Positions 8,774 to 18,696 of a DNA stretch of 64,000 nt are shown here, in pieces. Within the stretch, counting starts at the first letter, position 1; every line of letters starts with the position of its first letter. The notes below the pieces were generated by a model. The model saw nothing but the letters and a program-made list of their open reading frames with translations. It made no database searches and was not told the DNA's origin. This stretch comes from Fidelibacterota bacterium (lineage in GTDB: Bacteria > Fidelibacterota > Marinisomatia > Marinisomatales > JACNKV01), in contig JACNKV010000084.1 in the NCBI GenBank assembly GCA_014381855.1, positions 22,341 to 86,340 on the forward strand, given 5' to 3'. The position numbers and the translations under genes were made by a program.

Positions 8774-9699
8774 TCGTCCAATCCTTTCCGTGCAAATTCT
8801 GAATCCATCAAATCTTGTAATCCTAATTTTTTGATATTCATATCTTTCATTACAGCGGATTGAGCCGTTTGCATCACCTGAAAAAGGACTTTTCTTGTAC
8901 GCCCGTAAAAATGGAATATATTGTTCATCCGGCTGGGAGTCACCACCGTAGAGATTGAACATAATTTCTTATATAACTCATCAGATAATTCTTCAAACTC
9001 TATCTGGAATTGATGAAATTCGAGTGTGCTTTCTAATAATTTATCTAGATTCCCATCCAAAACAATCTTTCCATTGTCCATCACTAAAATCCTGTCGTGT
9101 GCTTGTTCAACCTCATGAAGTAACTGACTGACATAAATGATTGTTTTTTCGCTTTTTAATTTTTTCAGCAAATCCCAGACTTGTCTGTGTGACTGCGCGT
9201 CCATAAATGCAGTGGGTTCATCTAAAATAACGATTGTCGGATCATGCACCAAGGCACGGATAATCATAGCTTTTTTAGCGATGCCTGAGGAAACATTTCC
9301 CGCTTTTAGATTGAGATATTCTGACATATCGAGGCGGTGTGCATACGAGTGAATCCGTTGAGTAATCACGGCATTCCGGACACCATACAATAACCCAATA
9401 AATCGAATATTCTGATCCAAAGTAAGCCATGGATCTAAATCAATACTGAGTGGGACGTATCCGATGTTTTCACGAATTTCTTTTCGCCGTTTTACACTAT
9501 CTAGACCGTGAATAAATACTTGTCCATACTCCGGGTTCTCAAAACCGGCAAGCACGCGTAGCAAAGTAGATTTTCCCGCATCATTATCACCAATTATTGC
9601 AACGATTGAACCTTTTTCTATCCCAAAGGTTAACCCGGCAAGGATTGTCTTATCCCCGGCTAATTTCCCGACCTTTTTTAGTGTTACACTTGCTTCCAT
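8770..9699 (-). CDS. ABC transporter ATP-binding protein
   Basis: Walker A GDNDAGKST, signature-like VSSGIAKK, Walker B TIVILDEPT. 309 aa with a C-terminal extension of about 90 aa. Confidence 0.88.
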   Translation of the reverse strand: MEASVTLKKVGKLAGDKTILAGLTFGIEKGSIVAIIGDNDAGKSTLLRVLAGFENPEYGQVFIHGLDSVKRRKEIRENIGYVPLSIDLDPWLTLDQNIRFIGLLYGVRNAVITQRIHSYAHRLDMSEYLNLKAGNVSSGIAKKAMIIRALVHDPTIVILDEPTAFMDAQSHRQVWDLLKKLKSEKTIIYVSQLLHEVEQAHDRILVMDNGKIVLDGNLDKLLESTLEFHQFQIEFEELSDELYKKLCSISTVVTPSRMNNIFHFYGRTRKVLFQVMQTAQSAVMKDMNIKKLGLQDLMDSEFARKGLDE

Positions 9700-9801
9700 T
9701 GATTTATTGTTGGGTGTTTTTCGTTAGGTGTTTGGTGCTAAAATTTTGTTTTGTCTTCCTAATCAAATTAGTTGTAACCTATTACTTTTTTATGTCTCCT
9801 G

Positions 9802-12522
9802 TCAATGTGCTTCAAACCACGAATTTCCGATTCCACAATTTACAACTATCGGGACACTTAACGGGAGTGCCTCTTCCATCTTTTTTAGCACAAGAGTTTT
9901 TACAACTTCAATTTCATCTTCGGGAACTTCAAAAATTAATTCATCATGGATTTGCAAAATCATTTTTGTTTTCAACTCATGTTTAATAAGATCCTTATGA
10001 ATATGAATCATGGCAAGTTTAATCATCTCGGCAGCGGTTCCTTGTATTGGCATATTAATTGCCATACGCTCTGCCGCTTCCCGAAGATTACGGTTGTCAC
10101 TATCCGCATTCCACACTGGACGTCGCCGACCCAGCATCGTCTCCACATATTTATCTGTTCTGGCTTTTTCTAATGTCTTGTCGATATAATTTTGAATCCC
10201 GCTATACTGCCGGAAATACGTATCAATAAGTGCCTGAGATTCCTGCCGAGGAATCCCCAACTCCTGACTCATTCGAAACGGACCTGCACCATACATAATC
10301 CCGAAATTCACAATTTTAGCTGTTCGGCGCATCTCGGGTAATATTTCCTCAATAGGGACACCAAATACTAGACTTGCCGTTCGCGAATGGACATCCTCTC
10401 CTTCTTCAAATGCCTGGATTAGCCCGGGGTCTTGGCTTAAATGCGCCATAATTCTCAATTCAATTTGGGAGTAATCTGCAGAGAGGATTTTCCAACCATC
10501 CTGCTGGGCGGTAAAAGCTTTTCGAATTTCCTTCCCAATCTCTGTGCGAATCGGAATATTTTGGAAGTTTGGCTTGCTGCTGGAGAGCCGTCCTGTGGCA
10601 GCGACCGTTTGATTAAATGATGTATGAATTCTTCCCGTCTCCGGGTGTATTGTCTCTTTTAACGGATCCAAATATGTATGTTTTAGTTTATATAATTTTC
10701 GATACTCTAATATCAACTTTGGCAGGGGATGAATATCTTTTAATTGCTCGAGGACTTCCACAGCGGTTGATCGTTTCCGTATCTTTGGTAAACCTACAAT
10801 ATCAAACAAAATACTTGCCAATTGCTGAGTGGAATTCACGTTGAATTCTGTTCCGGCTTCTTTCACAATGGAAGATGTGAGTCCGTGAAGAGTTTTTCCT
10901 AAGTCATAGGACATCTCCCCCAACACCCGTTTATCCACATACACACCGTTGTGTTCCATATTAACTAAGACATCTATCAACGGCAATTCAACATCCGTAA
11001 AATATTTGTGAAGCGATTGTTCTTCCAGCTTCTTTTGAAAAATCGACGTTAATTGCCGTGTAATATCTGCATCTTCCGCCCCGTAAAACGCCGATTTATC
11101 AAATGGGACTTCAGCCATGGTAATCTGGCTTTTCCCCTTCCCAATCAGCTCCTCGATCGGGACCATTTGATAGTTCAGATTTTCCATCGCTAGCACATCT
11201 AATTTACGCGATCCCGCATCAGGATTGATCATGTGTGACGCAATCATCGTATCAAATGCAATGCCATTTAATTGTATGCCATATCGGTTGAGAATGAGCG
11301 CATCGTACTTAATATTTTGACCGGTTTTCGGTATCGCCGTATCTTCTAATATTGGTTTTAGGATGGATAGTACCGCTTCCGTTTCATCTTCTCCAAAATA
11401 GGTTTCCGTTTTGTCTTTATGCATCACCGGGATGTACATCCCTTCATCTTCTTTTACCGAAAAACAAAATCCGACTATCTCCGCCCGCATGGGATCAACC
11501 GAAGTGGTTTCCAAATCAACTGAGAGTATCTCACCCTGAGTTAACTGCTTAAAATATGCTTGAACATCTCCCTTTGTTTTCAGAATTTTATAGACTTTTT
11601 TCGGCTGGGATATCGTTGGTTTTTTCGTATCAGTCAACGAGGGTAATTGCCGTTTTAAACCGGAGAATTCAAACTCAGTGAATAGAGCGTCTAAAGCTTC
11701 TATATTCATTGCCGTTCGTTCCATTTCCGGGATGGATGCATCCAGTTCAACGTTCGTGTCGATGGTCACTAATTCTTTACTCAATATGGCGTTATCACGG
11801 TATTCCAGTAGTCCGTTTCTGACGCGTTTGTTTCCAACTCTTTCCGCATTTTCCAACGATGATTCCAACGACCCAAATTCCTTGATGAGTTTTACAGCAG
11901 ACTTTTCCCCAACACCGCGAACACCCGGAATATTATCCGAGGAATCACCCATCAGTCCAAGTAAATCAATTATTTTTTCTGGTGGAACACCCCATTTTTC
12001 TATGACTTTTTCTCGGTCGTAAATTGTCAAATCTTTATTCCGGGTTCTTGGGGCATATAAAAATACGTGGTCATTCACCAACTGCATAAAATCTTTATCG
12101 CCACTGACAATGTACACATCAAAATCGTGTGAAGTGCCTTGTTTGGCTAATGTCCCGATAATATCGTCTGCTTCAAATCCGGGTTTAGATAGTGAAACAA
12201 TTTGCGTAGCATTCATTAATTTCCATAAATGCGGGAGTTGCTCTTTCAGCTCATCCGGCATTTTTTCCCGCGTGGCTTTATACTCCGGGTATTTATCGTG
12301 GCGGAATGTTTTCTCCTTGGAATCAAACACGGCAGCGATATAATCCGGCTGTTCTTTTTGGACCAGCTTTAGCAATTGATTCATAAACCCAAATAACGCA
12401 CTTGTATGCAATCCGTAACTGGTAATGAGCGGATTCCGAATCAAGGCAAAATGCGACCGGTACAACATGGCATAGCCGTCAATGAGAAAAAGTCGTTTGC
12501 GGTGATTTTTTTTTGAAGTCAT
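9802..12522 (-). CDS. polA: DNA polymerase I
   Basis: 5' nuclease LFLIDGYAMLYRSHFAL. Polymerase motifs DYSQIELRIMAH, RRTAKIVNFGIMYG and QIHDELIFEV. The track ORF starts at 12585, inside lepA. I prefer ATG 12522 (MTSKKNHRKRLFLIDG); ATG 12540 is an alternative. Confidence 0.93.
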   Translation of the reverse strand: MTSKKNHRKRLFLIDGYAMLYRSHFALIRNPLITSYGLHTSALFGFMNQLLKLVQKEQPDYIAAVFDSKEKTFRHDKYPEYKATREKMPDELKEQLPHLWKLMNATQIVSLSKPGFEADDIIGTLAKQGTSHDFDVYIVSGDKDFMQLVNDHVFLYAPRTRNKDLTIYDREKVIEKWGVPPEKIIDLLGLMGDSSDNIPGVRGVGEKSAVKLIKEFGSLESSLENAERVGNKRVRNGLLEYRDNAILSKELVTIDTNVELDASIPEMERTAMNIEALDALFTEFEFSGLKRQLPSLTDTKKPTISQPKKVYKILKTKGDVQAYFKQLTQGEILSVDLETTSVDPMRAEIVGFCFSVKEDEGMYIPVMHKDKTETYFGEDETEAVLSILKPILEDTAIPKTGQNIKYDALILNRYGIQLNGIAFDTMIASHMINPDAGSRKLDVLAMENLNYQMVPIEELIGKGKSQITMAEVPFDKSAFYGAEDADITRQLTSIFQKKLEEQSLHKYFTDVELPLIDVLVNMEHNGVYVDKRVLGEMSYDLGKTLHGLTSSIVKEAGTEFNVNSTQQLASILFDIVGLPKIRKRSTAVEVLEQLKDIHPLPKLILEYRKLYKLKHTYLDPLKETIHPETGRIHTSFNQTVAATGRLSSSKPNFQNIPIRTEIGKEIRKAFTAQQDGWKILSADYSQIELRIMAHLSQDPGLIQAFEEGEDVHSRTASLVFGVPIEEILPEMRRTAKIVNFGIMYGAGPFRMSQELGIPRQESQALIDTYFRQYSGIQNYIDKTLEKARTDKYVETMLGRRRPVWNADSDNRNLREAAERMAINMPIQGTAAEMIKLAMIHIHKDLIKHELKTKMILQIHDELIFEVPEDEIEVVKTLVLKKMEEALPLSVPIVVNCGIGNSWFEAH

Positions 12523-12532
12523 CCGATGCTTT

Positions 12533-14335
12533 TCAGTCATCCCCAAGTTGTAAAACGGCAAGAAGGGCTTCCTGCGGGATTTCAACTTTCCCGATCATCT
12601 TCATTCGGCGTTTTCCTGCTTTTTGTTTTTCCCACAATTTCCGCTTCCGACTGATATCTCCGCCGTAGCATTTTGCAGTAACGTTCTTTTTTAACGCCCG
12701 GATGGTTGTCCTGGCGATGATACGGGTTCCAAGAGTCGCTTGAATCGCCACTTCAAACATCTGTCGCGGAATAAGCTCTTTCAATTTACTGCATAAGGCA
12801 ACACCTCGATGATATGCATCATCCGCGTGGCAAATAGTCGAAAGAGCATCTACCGGTTCTCCATGAATCAGGATGTCTAATTTTTTTAAAGCACCGGTTC
12901 GAAATTCTGATATGGTATAATCAAACGAAGCATATCCCCTTGTGGACGATTTCAATTTATCATAAAAATCAAAAATGATTTCAGCTAAAGGCAATTCGTA
13001 ATGTAGCTGAGCTTTATCCGCAGATAGATAATGCGTTGTCTTGTACTTACCGCGTTTTTTTTGGCAAAGGGTCATAATGTTCCCAATATATTCGCTGGGG
13101 GTTATTATCTCTGCGGTGACAATCGGTTCAAGTATTTCACGAATTTCCCCAGGGGCAGGCATTTTTGCCGGTGTATCCACCTCAATGGTTGTCCCGTCTT
13201 GCTTCAATATTTTATACCGAACGTTCGGTGTGGTTGTAACAAGATCCAGATCAAATTCACGTTCAAGCCGCTCTTGAACGATTTCCATGTGCAAAAGACC
13301 TAAAAACCCCGCACGGAACCCAAAACCAAGTGCTTCGCTCGTTTCCGGCTCATAGTTTAATGAGGCATCGTTCAATTTCAATTTATCTAATGCCATTCGG
13401 AGTTGTTCGTAATCGTCAGCATCTGCAGGATAAAGCCCTGAAAACACCATCGGCTTAATTTTTTTGTATCCCGGGAGGCGTTCTTCCGCCTTATTCTGTT
13501 TTGCCGTAAGCGTATCTCCCGGCTCAATATGTTCCATATCACGAATGTTTGCAATGACATACCCTACATCACCTGAGCGAAGTTCTTTCGCCGGAACTTG
13601 TTTCATGATGAAATGTCCAACTTCGGTAATGTCGTATGTGATGCCATGCGAAAAGAATTCAGCGGTCATTCCCGGTTTGAGTACACCGTCAAATACACGA
13701 ACGTACGGAATCGCTCCACGGTAATTATCATACATAGAATCAAAAATCAACGCACGGGTTGGTTCATCATTCTTGTCTTTCGGAGGTGGAATCTCCCTAA
13801 TAACAGCATTAAAAATATCCTGAATACCATCACCTGTCTTCGCACTTACATGGATAATGTCTTCTTTATCACAGCCAATTAATTCAATAATTTGATCTGT
13901 AACCTCTTCAACACGGGACGCCGGGAGGTCAATTTTATTTATGACTGGGATCAGGACGAGTTCATTCTCTATGGCAAGATACGTATTACTGACGGTTTGA
14001 GCTTCGACACCTTGAGCTGCATCCACAAGCAGCAATGCGCCTTCGCATGCGGCTAACGAACGGGAAACCTCATAAGAAAAATCTACATGACCCGGTGTAT
14101 CAATTAAATTTAACGTGTAATTCTGTTTGTCATGATGAATATACTTCATTTGAATTGGGTGACTTTTAATGGTAATCCCGCGTTCTCTCTCCAAATCCAT
14201 GCTGTCCAACACTTGTGCTTTCATCACTTTGGATGAAAGTGTATGCGTCTCCTCCAATAACCGATCAGCTAAGGTTGATTTCCCGTGATCGATGTGTGCA
14301 ATGATACAAAAGTTTCGTATATGGGCTGTGGACAT
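12533..14335 (-). CDS. lepA: elongation factor 4
   Basis: 600 aa with GTPase motifs AHIDHGKSTL, DTPGH and NKID, plus a LepA-type C-terminal region. Confidence 0.95.
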   Translation of the reverse strand: MSTAHIRNFCIIAHIDHGKSTLADRLLEETHTLSSKVMKAQVLDSMDLERERGITIKSHPIQMKYIHHDKQNYTLNLIDTPGHVDFSYEVSRSLAACEGALLLVDAAQGVEAQTVSNTYLAIENELVLIPVINKIDLPASRVEEVTDQIIELIGCDKEDIIHVSAKTGDGIQDIFNAVIREIPPPKDKNDEPTRALIFDSMYDNYRGAIPYVRVFDGVLKPGMTAEFFSHGITYDITEVGHFIMKQVPAKELRSGDVGYVIANIRDMEHIEPGDTLTAKQNKAEERLPGYKKIKPMVFSGLYPADADDYEQLRMALDKLKLNDASLNYEPETSEALGFGFRAGFLGLLHMEIVQERLEREFDLDLVTTTPNVRYKILKQDGTTIEVDTPAKMPAPGEIREILEPIVTAEIITPSEYIGNIMTLCQKKRGKYKTTHYLSADKAQLHYELPLAEIIFDFYDKLKSSTRGYASFDYTISEFRTGALKKLDILIHGEPVDALSTICHADDAYHRGVALCSKLKELIPRQMFEVAIQATLGTRIIARTTIRALKKNVTAKCYGGDISRKRKLWEKQKAGKRRMKMIGKVEIPQEALLAVLQLGDD

Positions 14336-14408
14336 AGAGTGAAGTTACCTGTGAAACGTTAACAAGCGAAAGACAGTATTTATCTGAAAAATATCTATGA
14401 AAAATATT

Positions 14409-15203
14409 TTAGTTTTTCATCAACAAAACATCAAAAACACCGGTGAGGTTTTGTCCGGCAATCCCAATAAATTTGGGCTGAAACAAAGAGTCCACTTCTG
14501 TTTCTTCTGTGATTTGCGTATTTCCAAGCAGTTCGTAAGATACCATCTCAGTTGTATCTGCTGAATATAGCGTGACAAACGTTGTATCTTCCCCAACGTC
14601 TATCCAGTCTGTTAGTGTGATAGATGTTAGATCTATATAGTCCATGCTAAGCGGATAAAAACGATCAAAGGTGTAATGAGCAGCTTTCAGAGAAAACGAG
14701 AAGATTGATTCTGTGGTAATCACGGCGGGAACATTCTCTTCGATGGTGTCTGAAGAAGATTCTGCCGTTAGCACAAACTCTAATACACCACTAAATTGGT
14801 TTCCTTTCACCATAATCTTTTCAGGAAAATAATACACAGAATCCACGGTGCGTTGTTCTACGAGTATTTGACTCTTATTTATCACCCACGTTTTTTGGAC
14901 AATACCCTGATCATTCAACAGCCATATTTGAGAAGTATCCTGAGTACTTCCGGTATAATCGGCAACAATCAAGGCAGAAGTGATTTTCATCCCATTGGAC
15001 AATTTTAAATTTAAATCATAGGTTTCTTCAAAGGAATATACTTCTCCTCTAACCGCAAATGTAAATACAGAATCTGCATTCACAACCACCGGATAATTTT
15101 CAACCAACCCATGTTGTGGTTCCGGCGGTCCCACACACGAAAAGATAAAAAACACAAAACCGAGTGCTAAAATCCAAGTTGTTTTTTTCATACTAATCTT
15201 CAA
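14409..15203 (-). CDS. lipoprotein of unknown function with an internally duplicated domain
   Basis: Signal peptide and lipobox-like LALGFVFFIFSC. The two halves align: PVVVNADSVFTFAVRGEVYSFEETYDLNL with PAVITTESIFSFSLKAAHYTFDRFYPLSM, and NQFSGVLEFVL with QNLTGVFDVLL. 11-nt overlap with rmuC. Confidence 0.6.
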   Translation of the reverse strand: MKISMKKTTWILALGFVFFIFSCVGPPEPQHGLVENYPVVVNADSVFTFAVRGEVYSFEETYDLNLKLSNGMKITSALIVADYTGSTQDTSQIWLLNDQGIVQKTWVINKSQILVEQRTVDSVYYFPEKIMVKGNQFSGVLEFVLTAESSSDTIEENVPAVITTESIFSFSLKAAHYTFDRFYPLSMDYIDLTSITLTDWIDVGEDTTFVTLYSADTTEMVSYELLGNTQITEETEVDSLFQPKFIGIAGQNLTGVFDVLLMKN

Positions 15204-16539
15204 TTTGTTTCACCTCATCATCCTCAAACGGTAATTCTAAAATCTCTTGTGACTCAATTGATGTAAATGTTTCAACATCTTTTAATTTACGTTCTAAAAC
15301 GTTTGTTCTAGTCGTCCTTAGTGATTCCAATGTCCCGGAAGCTGTGTTTATTTGTTTGTGTGCTTTTGCTAAAACGCCGGAAAATTGTTTAAATTCATGC
15401 TTGACCGCCTTTAAGATATCCCACACCTCGCTACTTCTTTTTTGAACAGCTAATGTTCTAAATCCCATATTTAGACTGTTCAATACTGCAGATAATGTCG
15501 TTGGCCCAGTTACTGTTATCTTGTATTTATTTTGTAGCGTTTCAAATAGTCCCGGGTGCCTTAACACCTCTGCATATAAACTTTCTACCGGTAAAAACAT
15601 AATTCCAAAATCTGTAGTGTGCGGTGGGTCAATATATTTTGAGCTGATATCCTTTGCGGATTTCTCTATTGCTTTTATTAATCGTTTTTGAGATGCCTCA
15701 ATTTCATTTTTGTCTCCTCGATCAAACGCCTCAAGTAAAGTATGATAATCTTCTATCTGAAATTTAGAATCAATAGGCATCCAGACTTCTTCACCAGATT
15801 CCTTTCCCGGTAGTTTTATCGCAAATTCAACGTTTGCTTGGCTTCCTTTTTTAGTTGCTACATTTTTTGCATATTGATCGGGAGAGAGTATTTGTTCTAA
15901 GATATTTTCGAGTTGATACTCACCTAATATACCGCGTGTTTTTACATTGGCTAATACTTTTTTGAGGTCGCCAACTCCAGTGGCAATATTTTGCATTTCA
16001 CCCAGTCCTTTATGCACTTGCTCAAGGCGATCACTGACCTGCTTAAATGACTCTCCAAGCCGTTTTTCCAAAGTGGTTTGTAATTTCTCATCAACTGTTT
16101 TTCGCATTTCATCGAGTTGTTTACTGCTATCTTCACGAATAGACTTTAACTGCTTTTCAATGGTGTTTTCAACGTGCTTTATATTATCCGTCGCTTGTTT
16201 ATTTATCTCCGTTTGTTGTTTGTTTAAATCTCCGAATTTTTGTCTTAATATCTCGTTAAGTTCTTTAATGCTATCAGAAAATATAACATCAAATGATTTT
16301 AAGGATTTCGATAACTCTTCCCTATTTGATGTCGCTATTTCATTTGTTTCTTTTCGATTTCTTTGAAAATCATCTTTAATAGATTTTTCAATTCGATCTA
16401 ACGATATATCAAACTTTACGATTGCTGATTCTACTTCTTTCAATTGTGGTTTAATATCAAAAGACTCTTTCTTTTTTACCCCTATAACAATATTTACTAT
16501 TACAAGGATAATTAAGATACTTAGTAATACTTCAATCAT
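15193..16539 (-). CDS. rmuC: DNA recombination protein RmuC
   Basis: 448 aa: N-terminal TM helix, long coiled-coil region, then an RmuC-type C-terminal domain (RGILGEYQLENILEQIL, VEFAIKLPG, MPIDSKF, GIMFLPVESLY). Confidence 0.8.
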   Translation of the reverse strand: MIEVLLSILIILVIVNIVIGVKKKESFDIKPQLKEVESAIVKFDISLDRIEKSIKDDFQRNRKETNEIATSNREELSKSLKSFDVIFSDSIKELNEILRQKFGDLNKQQTEINKQATDNIKHVENTIEKQLKSIREDSSKQLDEMRKTVDEKLQTTLEKRLGESFKQVSDRLEQVHKGLGEMQNIATGVGDLKKVLANVKTRGILGEYQLENILEQILSPDQYAKNVATKKGSQANVEFAIKLPGKESGEEVWMPIDSKFQIEDYHTLLEAFDRGDKNEIEASQKRLIKAIEKSAKDISSKYIDPPHTTDFGIMFLPVESLYAEVLRHPGLFETLQNKYKITVTGPTTLSAVLNSLNMGFRTLAVQKRSSEVWDILKAVKHEFKQFSGVLAKAHKQINTASGTLESLRTTRTNVLERKLKDVETFTSIESQEILELPFEDDEVKQIED

Positions 16540-16599
16540 AAGTACGCTCTACTCTTAAATTTCTTCTACCAACGGATAATAAGAAATTACCGACAAACA

Positions 16600-18075
16600 T
16601 CAGACACCCAACATATCCAAAACCAAACGGACGACATTTCCGGTAGCACCTTTTTTCGGGCCATACGGTTTTTCTTTTTCTCCCCAAGCAGTTCCGGCAA
16701 TATCGAAATGTGCCCAAGGGATATCCTCACCAACGAATGCATTTAGGAATGAAGCACCTGCGATAGTTCCGGCTTGTCGGGCTTCTCCCATGTTTTTCAC
16801 ATCTGCAATCTTAGATTTCACCTGATCCAAATACTCGTCCCACATTGGTAATTCCCACACTTTTTCTCCGGTATTTTTCGACGACGTTTGGATTTTGTTA
16901 ATCAAGGCGTTATCAGTACCCATAATTCCGGTAGCGATGTGCCCTAACGCAACCAGCACTGCACCGGTAAGGGTGGCAAAGTCCAAAATATACGCAGGGT
17001 CAAAGTGTTTACTCACGTAGGCTAATGCATCCGCAAGAATCAACCGTCCTTCAGCATCTGTATTCAGAACTTCGATGGTTTTCCCGTTGTATGCAGTCAA
17101 AATATCTCCGGGTTTTATGGCTTTACCTCCGGGCATATTTTCAGTAGAAGGAATCGCAGCGATAATGTTCATTTTTGGTTTGAGTGCTGCCACGGATTTC
17201 ATCACACCCATCACCACACCGGAGCCACACATATCGAACTTCATTTCATCCATAGAGGCTGATCCTTTTAGAGATATTCCGCCACTGTCAAATGTGAGTC
17301 CTTTCCCGACCAACACAACCGGTTTCTCATCTTTTTCACCACCATAATACTCCAGTAAAATGAATTTCGGGGGTTCATCCGTTCCTTGAGCAACACCAGC
17401 AAAAGATCCCATTCCCATATTTGTAAATTGTTCACGGTCAAAAACGGTTAAAGTCATGTCGCCTTCTTTTGCAATTTTTGCGGCTTCACCGGAGAGTCTG
17501 GTAGGTGTCATAACGTTGCCGGGATGGTTTCCAAGATCTCTGGCAAAACAAACGCCGGCTCCAATAACCGCACCCTTTTCTATCTGGGGTTTATCCCCAC
17601 TTAAAATTACGGCGGATGTCAACGTGAACTGTTTTTGATTATCCTTTTTTTCAGTTTTGTAATCCAAAAACTGATAACTTCCCATCACCAGCCCTTCTGC
17701 TAGAGGTTGACATGCGTCCTCTTTCGTATATTTGCAAAAACATTCAACCGCAGGATGATCAATCTCCAAGGATGTCGTCACTTTTGCAATTGCTCCACCT
17801 GCTTTACGAACTTCCTCTGAATTAAATTTATCCTTTTTCCCAAGTCCAACGACCAAAATACGTTTTTTATCCATATAAAACCGGCTGATTTTACCGGATT
17901 TTCCTTTGATGTCACCCATCTTAATCGCTGCCGTGATTTGTCCGTTTAATGCAGCATCAACTTCTTTTGCGATGTCTGTTAATAGTCCATCTTCAAACAC
18001 ACCGACGGCAATCAAACCGGCTTGGATTTTTGACCACGATTCAGTGGAATGATTCACTTTTTTCAAATAACTCAT
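16600..18075 (-). CDS. pepA: leucyl aminopeptidase (M17)
   Basis: VGKGLTFDSGGISLK and NTDAEGRLILADAL signatures; 491 aa. Confidence 0.93.
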   Translation of the reverse strand: MSYLKKVNHSTESWSKIQAGLIAVGVFEDGLLTDIAKEVDAALNGQITAAIKMGDIKGKSGKISRFYMDKKRILVVGLGKKDKFNSEEVRKAGGAIAKVTTSLEIDHPAVECFCKYTKEDACQPLAEGLVMGSYQFLDYKTEKKDNQKQFTLTSAVILSGDKPQIEKGAVIGAGVCFARDLGNHPGNVMTPTRLSGEAAKIAKEGDMTLTVFDREQFTNMGMGSFAGVAQGTDEPPKFILLEYYGGEKDEKPVVLVGKGLTFDSGGISLKGSASMDEMKFDMCGSGVVMGVMKSVAALKPKMNIIAAIPSTENMPGGKAIKPGDILTAYNGKTIEVLNTDAEGRLILADALAYVSKHFDPAYILDFATLTGAVLVALGHIATGIMGTDNALINKIQTSSKNTGEKVWELPMWDEYLDQVKSKIADVKNMGEARQAGTIAGASFLNAFVGEDIPWAHFDIAGTAWGEKEKPYGPKKGATGNVVRLVLDMLGV

Positions 18076-18100
18076 ATTTTCCTCTTATTAATTTTTGGGT

Positions 18101-18520
18101 TTAATCTTTTGGGACGACTAAAACAGGACAATTGACATGGTTGACGATTCCTTCATCAACGGAATCAAAGAATTTTTCTTTGAAGGCATTCATCTTGCGA
18201 TGCCCCAAAATCAAGAGATCAACATCATCGGCTGCTTTCGTAATTTCTTTGTGGATAACCTCACCGGTTAAAATACGGATAATTAAACGATTCGCAATTT
18301 CTTCATGTCCGGCAGATCGAAAAAGATTGCGAATATCCTCTTCAGTAAACCGATGCCCCGGTGTGTCCATCATCATAGACATTTCACCGGCATGCGTATC
18401 ATTAACATGAACCACAATCATTTTCGCATTGAACGAATTTTTGATTCGAATAGATTCATCAATTAATTTTATCTCGTTGCCATTCCCGGACAAGGCAACC
18501 ATTATTCGTTTGTAACTCAT
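18101..18520 (-). CDS. universal stress protein family protein
   Basis: 139 aa with UspA-like layout: IMVAL start, VVHV, and C-terminal LLILGHR...GIVNHVNCPVLVV. Confidence 0.72.
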   Translation of the reverse strand: MSYKRIMVALSGNGNEIKLIDESIRIKNSFNAKMIVVHVNDTHAGEMSMMMDTPGHRFTEEDIRNLFRSAGHEEIANRLIIRILTGEVIHKEITKAADDVDLLILGHRKMNAFKEKFFDSVDEGIVNHVNCPVLVVPKD

Positions 18521-18600
18521 GATAATTTCCTACAGTTATATGGATAAATTTACCAGTTCACGTCCATCAATCGGAACTGATTTCTTGGATAGTTTAATAA

Positions 18601-18696
18601 AGTAAACGAGTTAACGGGTAAAAGAGTTAATAAGTTTGTGAGTTCTTGAGTTTGTGAGTTGCTTTTTTCCCACGTTTACGCATTTACTCGTTTACT
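18601..18696. repeat. long imperfect inverted repeat enclosing a 12-nt direct repeat
   Basis: AGTAAACGAGT (18601-18611) is the reverse complement of ACTCGTTTACT (18686-18696, the last codons and stop of the U32 gene). Inner partial pairing: GGGTAAAAGAG with CTTTTTTCCC. AGTTTGTGAGTT occurs twice (18633-18644 and 18649-18660). Confidence 0.6.

Noticed and set aside
8774-8962. An N-terminal 63-codon extension of the ABC-2 permease ORF as given in the track (8024..8962).
   Set aside because: It overlaps the 3' end of the ATPase gene in another frame and translates to non-membrane-like sequence. ATG 8773 gives a clean ATGA coupling instead.
9716-9740. A shared 10-mer ACACCTAACG (here in reverse orientation, and again at about 62690) plus generally C/A-rich 5' leaders upstream of the ABC, SSF and cysS genes, as a candidate regulatory motif.
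   Set aside because: There are only two copies, in opposite orientations relative to their genes. The composition bias alone (A/C-rich leaders) is not enough to call a motif.
12523-12585. The longer polA start at 12585 from the ORF track.
   Set aside because: It would overlap the end of lepA by 53 nt. Internal ATGs at 12540 or 12522 give a normal distance to the conserved LFLIDG 5'-nuclease motif.
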